This document shows, piece after piece, positions 26,144-39,501 of a DNA stretch of 64,000 bases (its first letter is position 1; every line of letters starts with the position of its first letter). The notes under the pieces were generated by a model. The model searched no databases. It was not told the DNA's origin and saw only the letters and a program-made list of their open reading frames with translations. The position numbers and the translations under genes were made by a program. Source of the DNA: Tubulanus polymorphus (taxonomy: Eukaryota; Animalia; Nemertea). The stretch covers positions 6,808,275-6,872,274 of the forward strand of contig NC_134032.1 of NCBI RefSeq assembly GCF_964204645.1, written 5' to 3'.

Positions 26144-26789
26144 GAAAAGCCAGATGAGATGGAATTATTTTAACGTGAACGGGAAAACAAACAAGGCTTT
26201 TAGGCCTAGCACATATAAGGAGGTCTCAACAGATCTAATCTTTCTGTTCACCAATTAACCAAGAGATTTGAAAAATGTTATTTTACGATTAAAACGTGGC
26301 TTAGACTCGGGAAGATAGTTAGGCCTGTTAAAAAAAGGTAACTACGAATACGAGCCGTGGCCTCGGATTAATTTTGGTGATAGGCCATCTACTTTAGAAT
26401 TCTGTGATTTTCTCTTACTATTAACGATATAAAGATTCTCCGTAAACAATTGTTAGCTATTACCCCTTATTATAGTCGGTCTCTTCAATGCTTGCGCGGA
26501 TGGAAGAAGATTATGAATGCGAAAATTTACCATACAATACGACAAAGAATTTCTCACGGCGTGCCGGTTTCTACTTCGGCTTATTGTTTGTACTAGTTCG
26601 CAACCGTTCGACACCGTCAAGTATTCACCATTGTAGAGTTGAATCCCACGCGCGCTACAAATAAAATTCACCGAAGCGATTTAAAGTTTATTTTCGTTTT
26701 TTTAAACAAATTCAAGTCTTTAAAATTTGATTAGACGTAACATCTGTAAAAGAAGTTAGACAGACACTTTATTCAATGTCATGACTCCA

Positions 26790-27064
26790 GCATCGGAATG
26801 GCGTCATTTTCCGACAACTATCCAACGTCGCAAATGATGACGTATAGAGAAAAAAAGTTTGGATTGCAAATTGGCACACAATCTCAATTTTATTTAAGAC
26901 ACAATGCAACAGTGCTTTCAAAATGTAAAATGCTCATAAATTTTGAAAAAAAGGTCGATATGAGCCGGTGAAATGACGTCTAGTTGACGTTGAAATTCCG
27001 ATGTCGGTAGGGTCAGTCGGCGACGATCATCTGATGTCAATCCAACGTCGCTGTATTAGCTGGG
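26790..27064 (-). mobile_element. EnSpm-type terminus (CCCAGC...) with ACGTC/GACGT subterminal repeats
   Basis: Ends ...CGTCGCTGTATTAGCTGGG at 27064, upstream of the CMC transposase, with repeated AACGTC/GACGTT motifs. Confidence 0.6.
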
Positions 27065-28091
27065 AACTGTTTTGACAGTCTTCTCCAACTGAAAGTAAAA
27101 TATAGTGAACATTGTAAGAGAAGCTATTGCTTGATGTAATTCTAGCACTTAATAATTTAGTTCTATGCCATCTTACTGATCATATTATTCTCACCTGTGC
27201 TTCGTTGTCCTCTATGATTCTCGAAATTATGTGATCAATATTTGATTCACTTGTATAGATGGTGGATGATTTATCCATCCAGGTTGATGTCATAAATTTC
27301 AAAACCTCATCAAACTGTATGTTCTTCAGCTTGCTACAGAACTATAAGAAAAACATTCAAATGTTTCATTGACTCATCTCACGCGCACTCAAGTCATTTA
27401 ATAATATAAAAAATGCAACGGAAAATCACCATTTCTGCTACGAAAAGCAAGAATGCGTAGTTTAAACACTCTCTTTATCTCAGTTTTAGGGATGCTAGGA
27501 CAATTTTTTCCAGTTCCTTTATCCGTTCGATGCCACCCTTAATCTTATAATGCAGTGATACCATCATATCAATTGGTTCCACGTTGCTGTATATCATACG
27601 GTTTAGTTTGGTGGTTGATATTCCATCCGTGTCTGCTAAATCCAAAAATGGAAAGAACACCGTTCAATCTGAATCTGAAAAATAGAAACTCAGGCCACGT
27701 CAAATGCCATGTTAACATTAAATTTGACTACATAAAAATAGAATTATGCTTACGTGTAAATATCAGCGAATAAAGATATATAATATTCCTTTGTATATAT
27801 ATTTCGATGTCGTCACAGAGCATATTTCACTGAGACGTAAAATCAAAATAACTTTCTGAGTCTCTATGTGACTATATATCTACCCATAGGCTCTGATACT
27901 GTCAGACAGCCTAATAGTTAATTAAATACAACTACTCGCTGTTACTCACAAAAATTACTATTTGGTCCCAGAGTGATGTCAAACTGCCAGATTGTATACA
28001 ATTAATAATTGACAAGTTTGGTTGATAAATTATCTCTAGATCAAGACCGTAACCAGACAGGTGCTCACATTAATTCAAAGTATTTCATATA

Positions 28092-28306
28092 GTGTTACAG
28101 GGCATTACAGCCAGTTACACCCTTGTTACAGGGTGTTACATAGCGTTACACATATTTCGCTTTGACTTACAGGGGTTTCACATGGCGCTTCATATAGGAT
28201 TACAGGGTGTTACAGCCCGTTACATCCTTGTTACAGGGTGTTACATAGCGTTACACATATTTCACTTTGAGTTACAGGGGTTTCTCATGCGTTACAGCCT
28301 GTTACA
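28092..28306 (+). repeat. GTTACA-rich complex satellite, left part
   Basis: Repeats of GTTACAGGGTGTTACATAGCGTTACACATATTTCACTTTGA. Confidence 0.9.
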
Positions 28307-28309
28307 GTA

Positions 28310-30570
28310 ACAGTAATATTTAGTGATGGACCGCTTTGGCGATCTTAATACTGTTTAACGATACACAGTTGTTAGATTTTAAAGTTAATGCACATTTGCC
28401 GAGGTATCATTAGCGTCTGTATAGTTTGTAGTTAGTTTTTAGTTCATAGTCTTTATAATAATCGTCCAGCCGAGCCTTGAACGAATTCACAGATGGTGCT
28501 TCCACAACTTATGTCAGCAGACTGTTCCAGTAATTGATAATTCAACTCAATAATTCTATTGTTAAATATTTCAGTCTAATGTTCTTGCGGCATCGTCTTT
28601 TTCCAACTTGAAAGGATGACCTCTGGTGAAACGGCGTCTAGCATCTAACATGATAATATCATTATCGGTGGAATATACGTTCGTAACTAGTTTGAATGTT
28701 TCGATCATGTCATAGCGTAATCGTCTATAAGTGAGACTAGGAATTTTAAGATATTTTAATCTTTCTTCATACGGCAAGTTTTTTGCATTCACTATCATTC
28801 TCGTCGCTCTTTGAATACTCTCTAATTTTTCTGTTTCCGACAGAGAAATATTAGACCACACTGGATTGGTGTACTCCAGAATTGGTCGAACCAGTACAGG
28901 AACACAAATGCTTTGCTATCACGAACATTGATGGTTCTTTTTATGGTGTATAGCACCCTATTAGCTTTCAGAACGACGTCGTTCACATGACGTTTGAAAT
29001 TCAATTTATCATCAATTGTTATTCCTAAATCGCGTTCGTATTCCAATGTTTTGATGACATGTTTTGAAGTTCCTAGTTGAAAGTCGGTTCAACGCATCCA
29101 ATTCATAACCTATTTGCCTTATCAGGGTAAAATTTTGATTTCCACTCATCCGACCAACTCATTGCGCTATCAAGACTTTGCTGAAGATCATTACAGTCGT
29201 CTAAAGACTTGATAACTTTGTATGATTTTGTATCATCCGCAAAAAGCTTTACTGGAGTGGTAATTTTTGCAGGTAAGTCATCTATATAAATCACGAAAGG
29301 CATCGGAACGAGCACGCTTCCTTGAGGAACTCGCTTATCACAGGTCTCCAATTTGAAAAATTATCGTTGACACGAACACGCTGTTTCCGATTACTTAAAA
29401 ACGATTTAATCCACTCAGCGATTTTCCCACAGATTCCGTAAACATTCAGTTTCAGAATCAATCGACGGGTGGAACCGTGTTGAAAGCTTTCTCAAAGTGT
29501 AAATAATTGCAATCATCGGAATTGCCTTCGTCAAGCGCTACAGTCCAGTCATCAAGCGTTTCGAGCAAATTGCTTAAAGTAGATCTTCCAGAACGAAAAC
29601 CATGTTGACTATTTGATAGCAAATTGTTTGTCTCAAGGTGATTCATGATTTCATCACGTAATGTTTTTTCCATTAGTTTCGAATACACCGACGTTAAACT
29701 CACCGGGTGATAGTTTATTGCTACATGTTTGTCACCCTTTTTAAATAATGGGGAAATAGATCCCAGTTTCCAGTCAGAAGGAATTATCCCAGATTCTAGT
29801 GACTTCTGAAAGATAATGGTTAATGGTTTACAAAACTCATTTCTCGCTTCATGTATTACTCGCGGATGTATGTTTTCTGGACCAGCTGATTTGTTCACAT
29901 TTATATTTTTTAGAAGTTTCATCACTTTCTCTTCGGATATGACCAGATTTCCTAATTCATAATGGTCTGAAACTTGGGTTGGATGCTGCACAATCGGGTC
30001 TTCATAAGTAAAAACGGATGAGAAAAACTCTGACAAAACTTCCGCTTTTTCTTCGTCTGATTCAGTATAGCAATTTCCATCATCGGGAACAATTAAATGT
30101 GGGATACCATTGTTAGAGGACATTTTCAATTTGGCATACTGCCAGAAAACTTTCGGATTACTCTTCACAGAATTAGCAATATTAATTTCTATATCTCTTT
30201 TTGCTTTTCTCACATCTGATCATGATCTTTTTCTCGCCTCAATGTGGATTCTGTAGTCTTTGTAATTTTTTCCATGCTTTGGTTTTGGCTTTTACAGAGT
30301 TTAGGGTACACTTTGTCATCCAAAGCGGTCTTGGTTTTTTATCTCGTTTATTTTGATAGTTGGGATACATATCTCTATAGCAGAATTTAATTTTTTCTTA
30401 AAGATCAGCCAACATTCTTCAGGATTTTTACCATTAAATAACTCATCCCAATCAACAGACATTAATTCGCAGTGTTTCTTGTAATCACCTTTCGAATACT
30501 GAACTCTCCTGTAGAGTGATCTGACATATATAGTTTCAGTTTCATATTCGAATGAAATTAAATTTTGGTC
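28310..30570 (-). mobile_element. CR1-clade LINE, 5'-truncated and decayed ORF2 (RT), inserted in the satellite
   Basis: NPKVFWQY, KSAGPENIHPRV, PVSLTSV, QHGFRSGRST, VPQGSVL, KLFADDTK, ERDLGI, LESIQR, TRGHPFKL. Confidence 0.9.
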
Positions 30571-31021
30571 ACATCCTTGTTACAGGGTGTTACATAGCAT
30601 TACACATGTTTCACTTTGAATTACAGGGGTTTCACAGGGCGTTACAGCCTGTTACACCCTACTTACAGGGTGTTACATAGCATTACACATATTTCACTTT
30701 GACTTACATGGGTTTCACATGGCGTTTCATATAGCGTTACAGGGTGTTACAGCCCGTTACACCCTTGTTACAGGGTGTTACATAGCGTTACACATATTTC
30801 ACTTTGACTTACAGGGGTTGCACATGGCGTTTCATATAGTGTTACAGGGTGTTACAGCCCGTTACACATATTTCACTTTGAGTTACAGGGGTTTCACATG
30901 GCGTTACAGGCGTTACAGCCTGTTACACCCTTGTTACAGGCTGTTACATAGCGTTACACATATTTCACTTTTAGTTACAGGGGTTTCACATAGGGTTACA
31001 GCCTGTTACACCTGGTTACTG
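30571..31021 (+). repeat. GTTACA-rich complex satellite, right part
   Basis: Same unit as 28092-28306, resuming in register after the LINE. Confidence 0.9.
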
Positions 31022-32730
31022 CATTAGCATATTTGCATTCTTTGATAGTTTTGCAAAGTAGATTATATGAAGTTACAACGCGGAAATATCCTTTTGGCTT
31101 TCCAAAAATGAAGTACAACCTTATGTTACATGCAACTTGTGACTTGATGAGAAGTTAAGCATTTCTCTGTCCCATTTTAAGCCTTATATAGCAAACCGTA
31201 ACGAGACGCCCGAAAAACTTGTTCAATGTTCACTAATAGGTATAAGTGCAGATCCGCACCTCTCGTAGATGGTTCAATCAATTACAATAACTATCGCTCT
31301 TCTAGAGGAAGGGCATATCTATCAGTATCAGCCGGTGCTGCCATCTGCATAAAATCCAAGATGGCAACAGCCAGGAAAAAACAATTTGGCTGGATGAGAC
31401 TTAGTCAGAAAATAAGTTTATAGTGCCGGCCATGATTTAGATGAAAATGAAATCAGTGACAATTTTTTTAGACCCTCTTGATACAGTTGTCATGGCAACA
31501 GACACCAATAACAATAATGAAGAACCAGAAAATGTCCATCCTCAAGGTCACATATATCCAAATAATTTTTCTTATTTGTAAGCCTAATGGTTATCAACAC
31601 CATGGTATACAATGTATCAGTGTCAAATACAAAGGTAACAATTTTCTGAGGTCTGAAATTATACCCCAATAAAACCCCTTACATTTGGCCTTCCGACATA
31701 TCTGTGGAGAAGTTGGTAAATGAATGGAAAATAAATTTTTTAGTTGTTCTATTGCTTTGAAATTTTTACTTAATAAAGTAAGGATATATGGCATACAATT
31801 TCAGTTGGAATTGAATAGATCAGTGCATTTTGCTGGGAGACAGAGCAGTTTATCTGAAACTTTTTCGTGAATTTTTTTCATGGCGGCCATCTTGGAGTAT
31901 GTGACCTTGACCTCAAGTTCGCTTATATCCAAATTATTTATGTCTAAATTGTTGGCCCAAAAGTTATCCACAACATGCTAAATTTTCTGTCAGATACCTT
32001 GGTAACTATTCTATGAAGTTTCAAATATACCCCTATAAACCCCTAAATTCCCTTCGGTACAGCAGCGGAGACACTATATGGTATTGAAAGGGTTAAAGGC
32101 CTCACTTTCATCAGGTCGATTAAAATACTTAGGTTTCAATATCATTTTCGACAACAGGGTGATGAATATCTTCATCTAGGAATTGATAAGAAATTTCACT
32201 CAATTTTGAAATTTTTTGCTTAAGATTTTTCACAGGTTTCAAATTGACAAAAACGAGTGAAATATGGCAAGTCAATTAATTTGAAGATAAATTGATAAAT
32301 GTTGTTTTATACTGGAGTTTTGTTTTTTATTTGTATTTTGAATATTCGCTATAAAATCTGAAGCTTTTTCGTGAATAAGTACTTCAGGCTATGCATCAAA
32401 TTAGTGACCATATTACTCCCATTTTGTCTTCAAAAATTTGTGCTGACAAAACGCCACGGTAGATCATCAAATGCCATGGTAGTAATCAGCAGAACTTAGC
32501 CCTCCACTCCTTTAAACACAAACTGTGTTCCCCGACCGGAAGATCTCTTTCGCAGTAGCCTCCAAATATGGCAGTGATGGGTAAAATACAACCACTGTCT
32601 TACTTCAACCTGTCACCCCTATTAACATAGTTAAGATAGAAATACCAAACTTTTTCTAAAACTTGAACTAGAACTTCGACCATTGGTTAATACCATTGGA
32701 GTGAAAGCCAATCAGATGTGCTGTCTTATA

Positions 32731-32832
32731 CAGGGTGTGCCACTGGCCTAAGTAGGGGGTATAGGTTATGCTTTGTCCTACGTAAAATTACGTACAATAC
32801 GTAAATTTACGTAGATACGTAAATCTACGTAT
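32731..32832. mobile_element. Probable hAT terminus with a TACGTA subterminal array
   Basis: CAGGGTGTGCCCACTGG followed by ~6 TACGTA motifs. A hAT transposase fragment lies ~1.3 kb away. Confidence 0.35.
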
Positions 32833-33711
32833 TTTAATCGACCTGTTCATTCTGTACCGGAAGTGTGATATCAGTTTTCACGACCTGTCAATTACAATCC
32901 ACTGAAAATCTGTCGCTTCAAATTTTCAGTAAGCATTTTCTCGAAGATTATACACTCACTCACCTTTTCCAAGATATGCTAATAACAACATGTGTAAAGA
33001 TTATTTTCAAATAGCGTCCGTGGTTCCATCAAACACACCTCACGTGATATAGTCCAGCACCAAACACAAATGTAACGTCAGTCGATTTCTATCGTTGTGG
33101 AAGATTACGGGTCCGAGGCCCGGAGATGTAGCGGTGAGTGAGAGAGACGGATACAATCAACCCGAACTCTGAGAATTCTAGACTACAACTGATAATTATT
33201 TCGCACTGTATACAGTCTGGCGTGTTGCTGAGTCGCACATGTGGTCCAAATTACCTTGTAAAACGTCGTGAGAACGAGAATAGTGAGAAATTATCGACAA
33301 TAGTCGTGTTATCTTGGTTTAATCGTGTACTGTGAGGTTGTTGCCGCTACGTGGCAGCACAATACTGGGTACGGCTATATCGGAACCAATTTCATTTACA
33401 GGCGTAGCTTTAAATGACAAATTTAAGGTAAATGTCAATAGTTAAAATAACCACAAAAAGAAAACGTCACGAAAAAAGTAGAATTAATCCTGGATTCGAC
33501 CCTAAACATCAAAACGTAATGGCTCCGCGGAGGATCAATAACCCCACATTACACGATTAAACCAAGATGACGCAACGATTGAAATCGACTGATGCTTCAT
33601 TAAGTTTTGTGCTGGTTTATATGTGAGGTCTGTTTGACGGAACCAATTGCTATTTGAAAATAATCTTTACACTTTGTTGTACGTTATGTAATCGATTACC
33701 TAATCTCAGTG

Positions 33712-33870
33712 AATATAATAAGGCAAAGTGTTCACTGTGGCGCTCGGAATCAGTACCCTAGGCATGATATAATATGCCAAGTGAACACTGAGGCGCTAGC
33801 AGACAGTACTCTTAGGAATGATTTAATATGGCAAGTGAACATTGTGGAGCTAGCAGTCAGTACCCGGTAC
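33712..33870 (+). repeat. ~57-bp tandem repeat, ~3 diverged copies
   Basis: ATATAATATGCCAAGTGAACACTGAGGCGCTAGCAGACAGTAC-like units. Confidence 0.6.
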
Positions 33871-34074
33871 TTTACTTTCCCACGCATTGAGTTAGATTTC
33901 CTGTCTGTGAATTTTAAGAAACATTTATTCATGATGCAGCTCTCTTCACCTTGGCGCAAGATAAGTGCTTGATTTTAAGTTATAAAGCTGAAATGCTGAA
34001 ATTTGTGGATGTCCCTGAAAATTGATGGCTGTCCCTAAAAAAATGGCCATCTCTGTCTTTCAAAACAATTTTCA

Positions 34075-34520
34075 GAGGTTGGCAGCCCTGAACTCATTCT
34101 TATTCAGTCCTTTATCTTCATTAAATTTAATTATTGCGCTTCCAATCGCTGCCCCAGTTATCCGAATGAGCGCAATAATCTCCACAAATTCATCTGGATT
34201 TTTAACATTTTTGTCATCAAATCGGATACACAATCACAATGATTTCATTATTTGCAATCCCGCTTCCTTTATTTCTGCAATTATATCGCCTTAAATAATA
34301 TCATGGCCAATCACAGTAATCATTTTATTTTGCAAATCCGCACGGAGGTACGTAGCATTTTTCGTCAAGGGAGCTGACATAAGCTTTGAAAGGATTGCAT
34401 CTTTCGCAAATTCTCTAAGCAGCGAGAGACAATTGCCTCGGTTTTCGTTGACGTCAAAATTGACTAAATTTTCTTGATGCCCACGTAAGGCTATAACCTT
34501 GCTTGCCACAGAAATGAATG
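34075..34520 (-). pseudogene. hAT transposase fragment (ZMYM1/Tip100-like, DUF4371 region)
   Basis: IALRGH..NRGNCLSLL..NATYL..LQNKMI..I..EIKEAG, with stops downstream. Confidence 0.75.
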
Positions 34521-34589
34521 GCCTGAGCAATCCGCATAAGAACCTGATGATAAACTTGCTATTTTCATTCTGTATTGGTACGCAGGCGC

Positions 34590-34879
34590 ATGTAACCACA
34601 ATGAATTTCTGTGACATGTTCTATGATTATGGTGAGGTTTCAAGGTCATTGGTTTTTGTATGTGGTCACCAGGGCGAGCTGGATAGCTCAGTATTTTCGC
34701 ATTTATTGGTCTTAGGCATATTTTGTAGGCGCCTAACTACAATGAATAGCAAAATTGTAGGTAAAAGTTAAAATCTTTCTTAATAAATTCACCAGGGGGT
34801 GTTGAATATTGAAATTATCTGTTCGTTGAGCATTTCAAACCACTTCCCAAGTGGGATGGTGTCCATGGACCCCTAGTTT
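34590..34879 (+). mobile_element. HINE family A, 3' fragment
   Basis: 154-bp unit remnants and the CCACTTCCCAAGTGGG..GGACCCCTAGTT end. Confidence 0.75.
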
Positions 34880-36454
34880 GAAGTAGCCAGTGATCATAAT
34901 ACATGATCGACGTTAGCACGCATTCATCCTCGAAGGAGAGGAATATTTTTCGAAAAGGCTCTCGTCTGCCACAAGCTGGTTTTTGATGCTCCATTAAATC
35001 CAATCATAGATCTTTCAATCTCGTAAATTCTCCTTGTGCTGTTTCACTGGGTATTTGCATGCAGTTGACGATGTTGAACTCGGTAACTACCTCTCCTGGA
35101 GTGAGTCGTATTTTCGTAGCCAGGCGTGACGGCAATATGTCTACATCCAAATCCTGGGCATCGGCGACATAGTCCATTCCTCCTGATAAAAACCTTTTGC
35201 ATAATGAAATAATTCATTAACCGGAATGGAGTGAAGTGATTGCTTGAATGACTGCTGCACGTTTTTTTGTTTTTTTGTTTTTTAGAACGGCTTCATTATT
35301 TTAGATTTTCAGCATATCGTCTATTTGTCCAATCAAAAACCTTGTCCTAAGATTTTCTTCAAACTTGGTACAATAACGTGGTGGGGCAGTTTGTTTCTTG
35401 CAACACCATTGCCAATCGCTGTAATTGTCCTTTGACTTTGCTAGTGACCGCCAATAGGTATGGGTTTTTGTAATGATTTGCTTCCAAGAATGCGTCCATG
35501 TCAAACTGTCGAATTTTGGGGCTTACGTCATCCCTGAAATTCTTCGGCATGAGTGGTGAATACCGTAGTAGGTTGAAACGTGGAAGGCAATACTGTAGTT
35601 AAGAAAGATAATTGAACATACATAAAGCGACTATGTAAATTAATGGAGGGTTCTGGTCCATATTTTCCCCAGACATTTAGTTAATGGTTTGCCGTTTATA
35701 TTATCCGACCATTGCGAACACTGTGAGTTGATTGCTGCTATTGAATCTGGATTCCTGGCGGTATTCTTGCTGAGAGGTCTTAGCACGACAGCCCTCCATG
35801 CTATGGCACTTAAGTAACCATGCGAAGATACCCCATTCTTAAAAAATTCTGCTAATGTTTAGAACAAACAGGGGTTAATTTACCTTTCAGCTATTGGGTT
35901 TTTTCTTTGACATTCCCTTTCATTTTAGGTCAGGTCTCTATGTCAGGTTTACATGCTCTATTTTATTCTCGATTCATCAATTATTTTAGAAAAAGCGATA
36001 TCGCAAAGTGGCATCGCCACACCTGGCCTGACTTCGGATCTCGCTTCTGTAGTCAGTTAAAAAATTTGTCTTGATGTATTGCATAATGATGCAGGAGTTA
36101 AATTCCATGATGACGATTTAAATGTTACCTATTCAAACAAAACTAATGTATATCAATTATTATCTCACAGTCGGGAGTTCTATTGTGAGGAAACAGGTCA
36201 CTTCGCAATAGATATCGTCACAACGTCCATTCACAAAACAAGTCAAAGCCGTGCAATAACATCAACCGATTTGCACACTTTACAGCAGTCAAGAGATATA
36301 AACATAATAACGAAATACGCGTTTGTTGAATGAAAAACTTAATGAGTGAAAAAATATATTTCTCTCTGAAAACAAAATAATTTTTTAGTACAAATAATTA
36401 GTTTAAGGCATTCTCAGCACTAAATTTATAATTTCTCATAAAACACGATTTCTT

Positions 36455-37879
36455 TTAAATATCATCCATAAAATCTGTTAGGATATCGAAATTCGGGATA
36501 TTTCCATCGCAGAACTTCAGCAAATCTGCATCCGATATTTCACAGTAACGCTCGTCGAACAGGCCGAACTGAGATGAAGACTTATTTAGTAGTTTTTCAG
36601 CCTGTTGTACTGATTTCACGAGGGAACTGTCGTCTATTCCGTTGTCGTCGAAAAACTTTGTTAGTTTTTCTTGCGGATCTGGGGGGCCATACAATATGAA
36701 ATCGTTTTCAGCAAATTCATCTGCTGACAGGCAAAAATTGTTGTAATCCGGGATAGGTAGTAATGCTCTCTGCGGTGTCTGTATTTCATTGATGTCAGCA
36801 GGTGTGTCTAATAAGTGGCCGATTTCTGCGTGTTGTTCATTGCTTGTTCTCTTATATGCTCTAACAGCAGTTGACCGGTGTCCTGTTCGTTGCATAATTA
36901 ACTGCTCGTCGATTCCTTCTCGAAACAACTGGGTTGCAGTAGTAACCTTGCCACTATGACCGGTAAAGTGACCAGCAAAACCAGCTTCTTGCATCATATT
37001 TGGTATATAACTTGCCAACTTATTAATGCCAACGGCCTGTAGTGAGAAACGGATATCTCCTTCAAACAGCGATTCCAATGGCCTTCTATAAAACCTTCCG
37101 AAAGGTGGTATTTTTGACAAGTAGAAATAGAGAATCATGTACACGCTGTATAAATTGTCGCTGATGTCATACTGTTTGATATTTTTCATTTCAATGTGTC
37201 GTTGAGATAATCCGCCACTTGTATTTTTTGAGTTCTTGCCCTGGAATCTGATAAATCTGCCGCCGTCGTCTTCACCGAAACTAAACTGCTCTACGTCCAG
37301 GTTTAAGTGCTCATCTCGTGATCTTAAGCCGAAGACTTTGCAAGCATAAAAATACACAGTTCTACTAAGGGCCAATGAACTGCTGATCCCCAATAATCCT
37401 TTTTCCCACAGAACACGTTCTTGTTCTTGGGTGATAGGTTCTGCTTGGCGTTTATTAGGAGTTATCGCGGCCGTTAAACTCTTCATCTCAGCGTCAAGAA
37501 CTTGGCGAAATCGAAAGAAGTCATTGTTACTACTGTCAATGAAATTGAACTCGGCCTATCCACATTCAAATCTTACGTAACGTTGGATGCCAGCCACAAT
37601 CGAATACAACGTTTTTGGGGGATATTTATCTCCATCCTGTTTCCGTATCTCTAGTACAAAATAGCAGAGCAGCTCATTAAATTTTCCAGCAGTTATGTAT
37701 TTTAGTTGCTGGATTCCTGGTATTATTGGCTGTCCCATCTGCCTCGCATTGTTTCTTTCATTGCTCCAGTCAGTCCATATCTTTTTTGCCCAGTTTGTTG
37801 TCCGCTGGGTGTTTCTGGGCACACCAGTATTTATTTTTGCAGATATGTCCTTCTCAGAGACACATCCAAATCGCGACAT
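36455..37879 (-). pseudogene. Crypton tyrosine recombinase (DUF3504 type) with one in-frame TAG
   Basis: LCYFVLEIRKQDGDKYPPKTL, FGLRSRDEH, SKN..GGL, FTGHSGKVT.ATQLF..GIDEQLIM.RTGHRS.AVRAYKR. ORFs 37556-37879 and 36455-37486 are in the same frame, 69 bp apart. Confidence 0.85.
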
Positions 37880-37996
37880 TGCTCAAACGCTGTGCTATTG
37901 TCAAATGGGGTGCAATCGATTTGTAAAGGCTGTAAAGTGTAGTGATATCAATGAAAATGCATGGGTCAAAACGCTTTTCAAAGGGTGTGAGATAAA

Positions 37997-38060
37997 TAGG
38001 TTATTGCACGTTGGAAATCTCGGCGCTAACGCGCCTCGATTTCCACCGTGCAATAACCTA
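37997..38060. other. Long hairpin upstream of the Crypton ORF (candidate terminus/recombination site)
   Basis: TAGGTTATTGCACGTTGGAAATC...GATTTCCACCGTGCAATAACCTA forms 23-bp arms with 1 mismatch around a GC-rich core. Confidence 0.7.
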
Positions 38061-39501
38061 CACTTATACAATACATTTCCTATTATCCGCTAAATAGTCC
38101 TCTGTTATTCGTCTCCACCATATTTATCTTATAAACCACCTGATATCACAAGTAATTTTTCCTCAGTCCTTGTTAAGATTCTGACAATTCACAATAGACA
38201 AGTCTAAAGCTGCATATGAAATGCTATATTAAATTATTATTTTTCATTAAAAATATATACTTTCTTTTTATAACACAAATTGAATAAATACTGAGTTCAT
38301 TCTACTGTAAAACTAAAACTGATCCTTTTCTTTATCGAATCTAACTACCCGACTAAGTGTCTCCTAAAAAAACGTAACTATTACTTGCGCCATACATAAT
38401 TCAAATCTCATCGTTAAATCACGCGACAGATTTGATGAATAAATTAATAAAGTTCAGTAAAATCCAAGCTGTCAATCACAATTATCGTTAAAAAATGACA
38501 AAAAGGAGACGGCTGGTCTGACTGACTTATTAATTATTTGATAATAGTGAACCAACTACATGAATGTCGGCCAGCCCGGTCAAAGAGCGGAGCTGACCGA
38601 CGAATCAACTAATGATTACCGAGTCTGGATGTCCACTCCCAACTTGAGATGATGTGAGTCAACACGACCGATAAAACAGTTAATATCGTTTAATAATGAT
38701 AATCAGTTGACCCCAGCATTCCAGCCTGACAACGGGCAGCTCGGCCTGGTAACCCACCCGCTAGCCCAACAACTGACATGACAACCGACACACACCAGCA
38801 GATAGCGCTGCCACTCGCGTGCCACGGACACTACCAGCATGGCTGAAAAACGGATACTTAGCCGGTAAAAAATACAAATTTTAAGTAAGTGATCCCACCC
38901 CCCATCTATACAACATATCAATACACAATATCTATATACAATAAACATCTTAAATTCAACAACAGTAAATAGATTTACATCTAACAAGCCTAGCCCACCC
39001 CTCTAAATATTATTCAATTCAATTCAATACCTTCCAATGATTATAATTGCACAGACGCTACACTTTTTATGTCGCGGCTAAAATAGACAAATTTAGCAAC
39101 AAGCGTGTGAAGTTGCAGACAATTGCAAAATAAATGGAGCCATATCAGATGCAGAATGAGTTTGGTTTGCCTCGACGATGTGATTGTGGTGCCACAGACA
39201 AGCTATTAGCATATGCATTACGTAACACCACATCAACAATCATCGGGCTCATATATGAATATGCTTAAATCCAATGGTCCTCCACAGCCACATATTTCAT
39301 AAATCCTTTAGTATTTCTGTTTTAATATGCATGACAATCAGTATGACGTAGATTTTTTTTGTCTACACAAATCAGTATTCTTCGTTTGCAATATACATGG
39401 CATGACAATCAGTATACACATGTATCATAGATTTTTTTAATATTCATAAATCAGTATTTCTCAGTTTGTTTGCAATATATATATATATAACAATAGGTTA
39501 C

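Noticed and set aside
32075-32115. GAAAGGG|TTAA|AGGCCTCAC as abutting piggyBac and Kolobok MITE ends
   Set aside because: No convincing partner termini were found, so the elements cannot be delimited.
35301-35550. Short minus-strand ORFs as a host exon
   Set aside because: No recognisable domain or clear splice pair.
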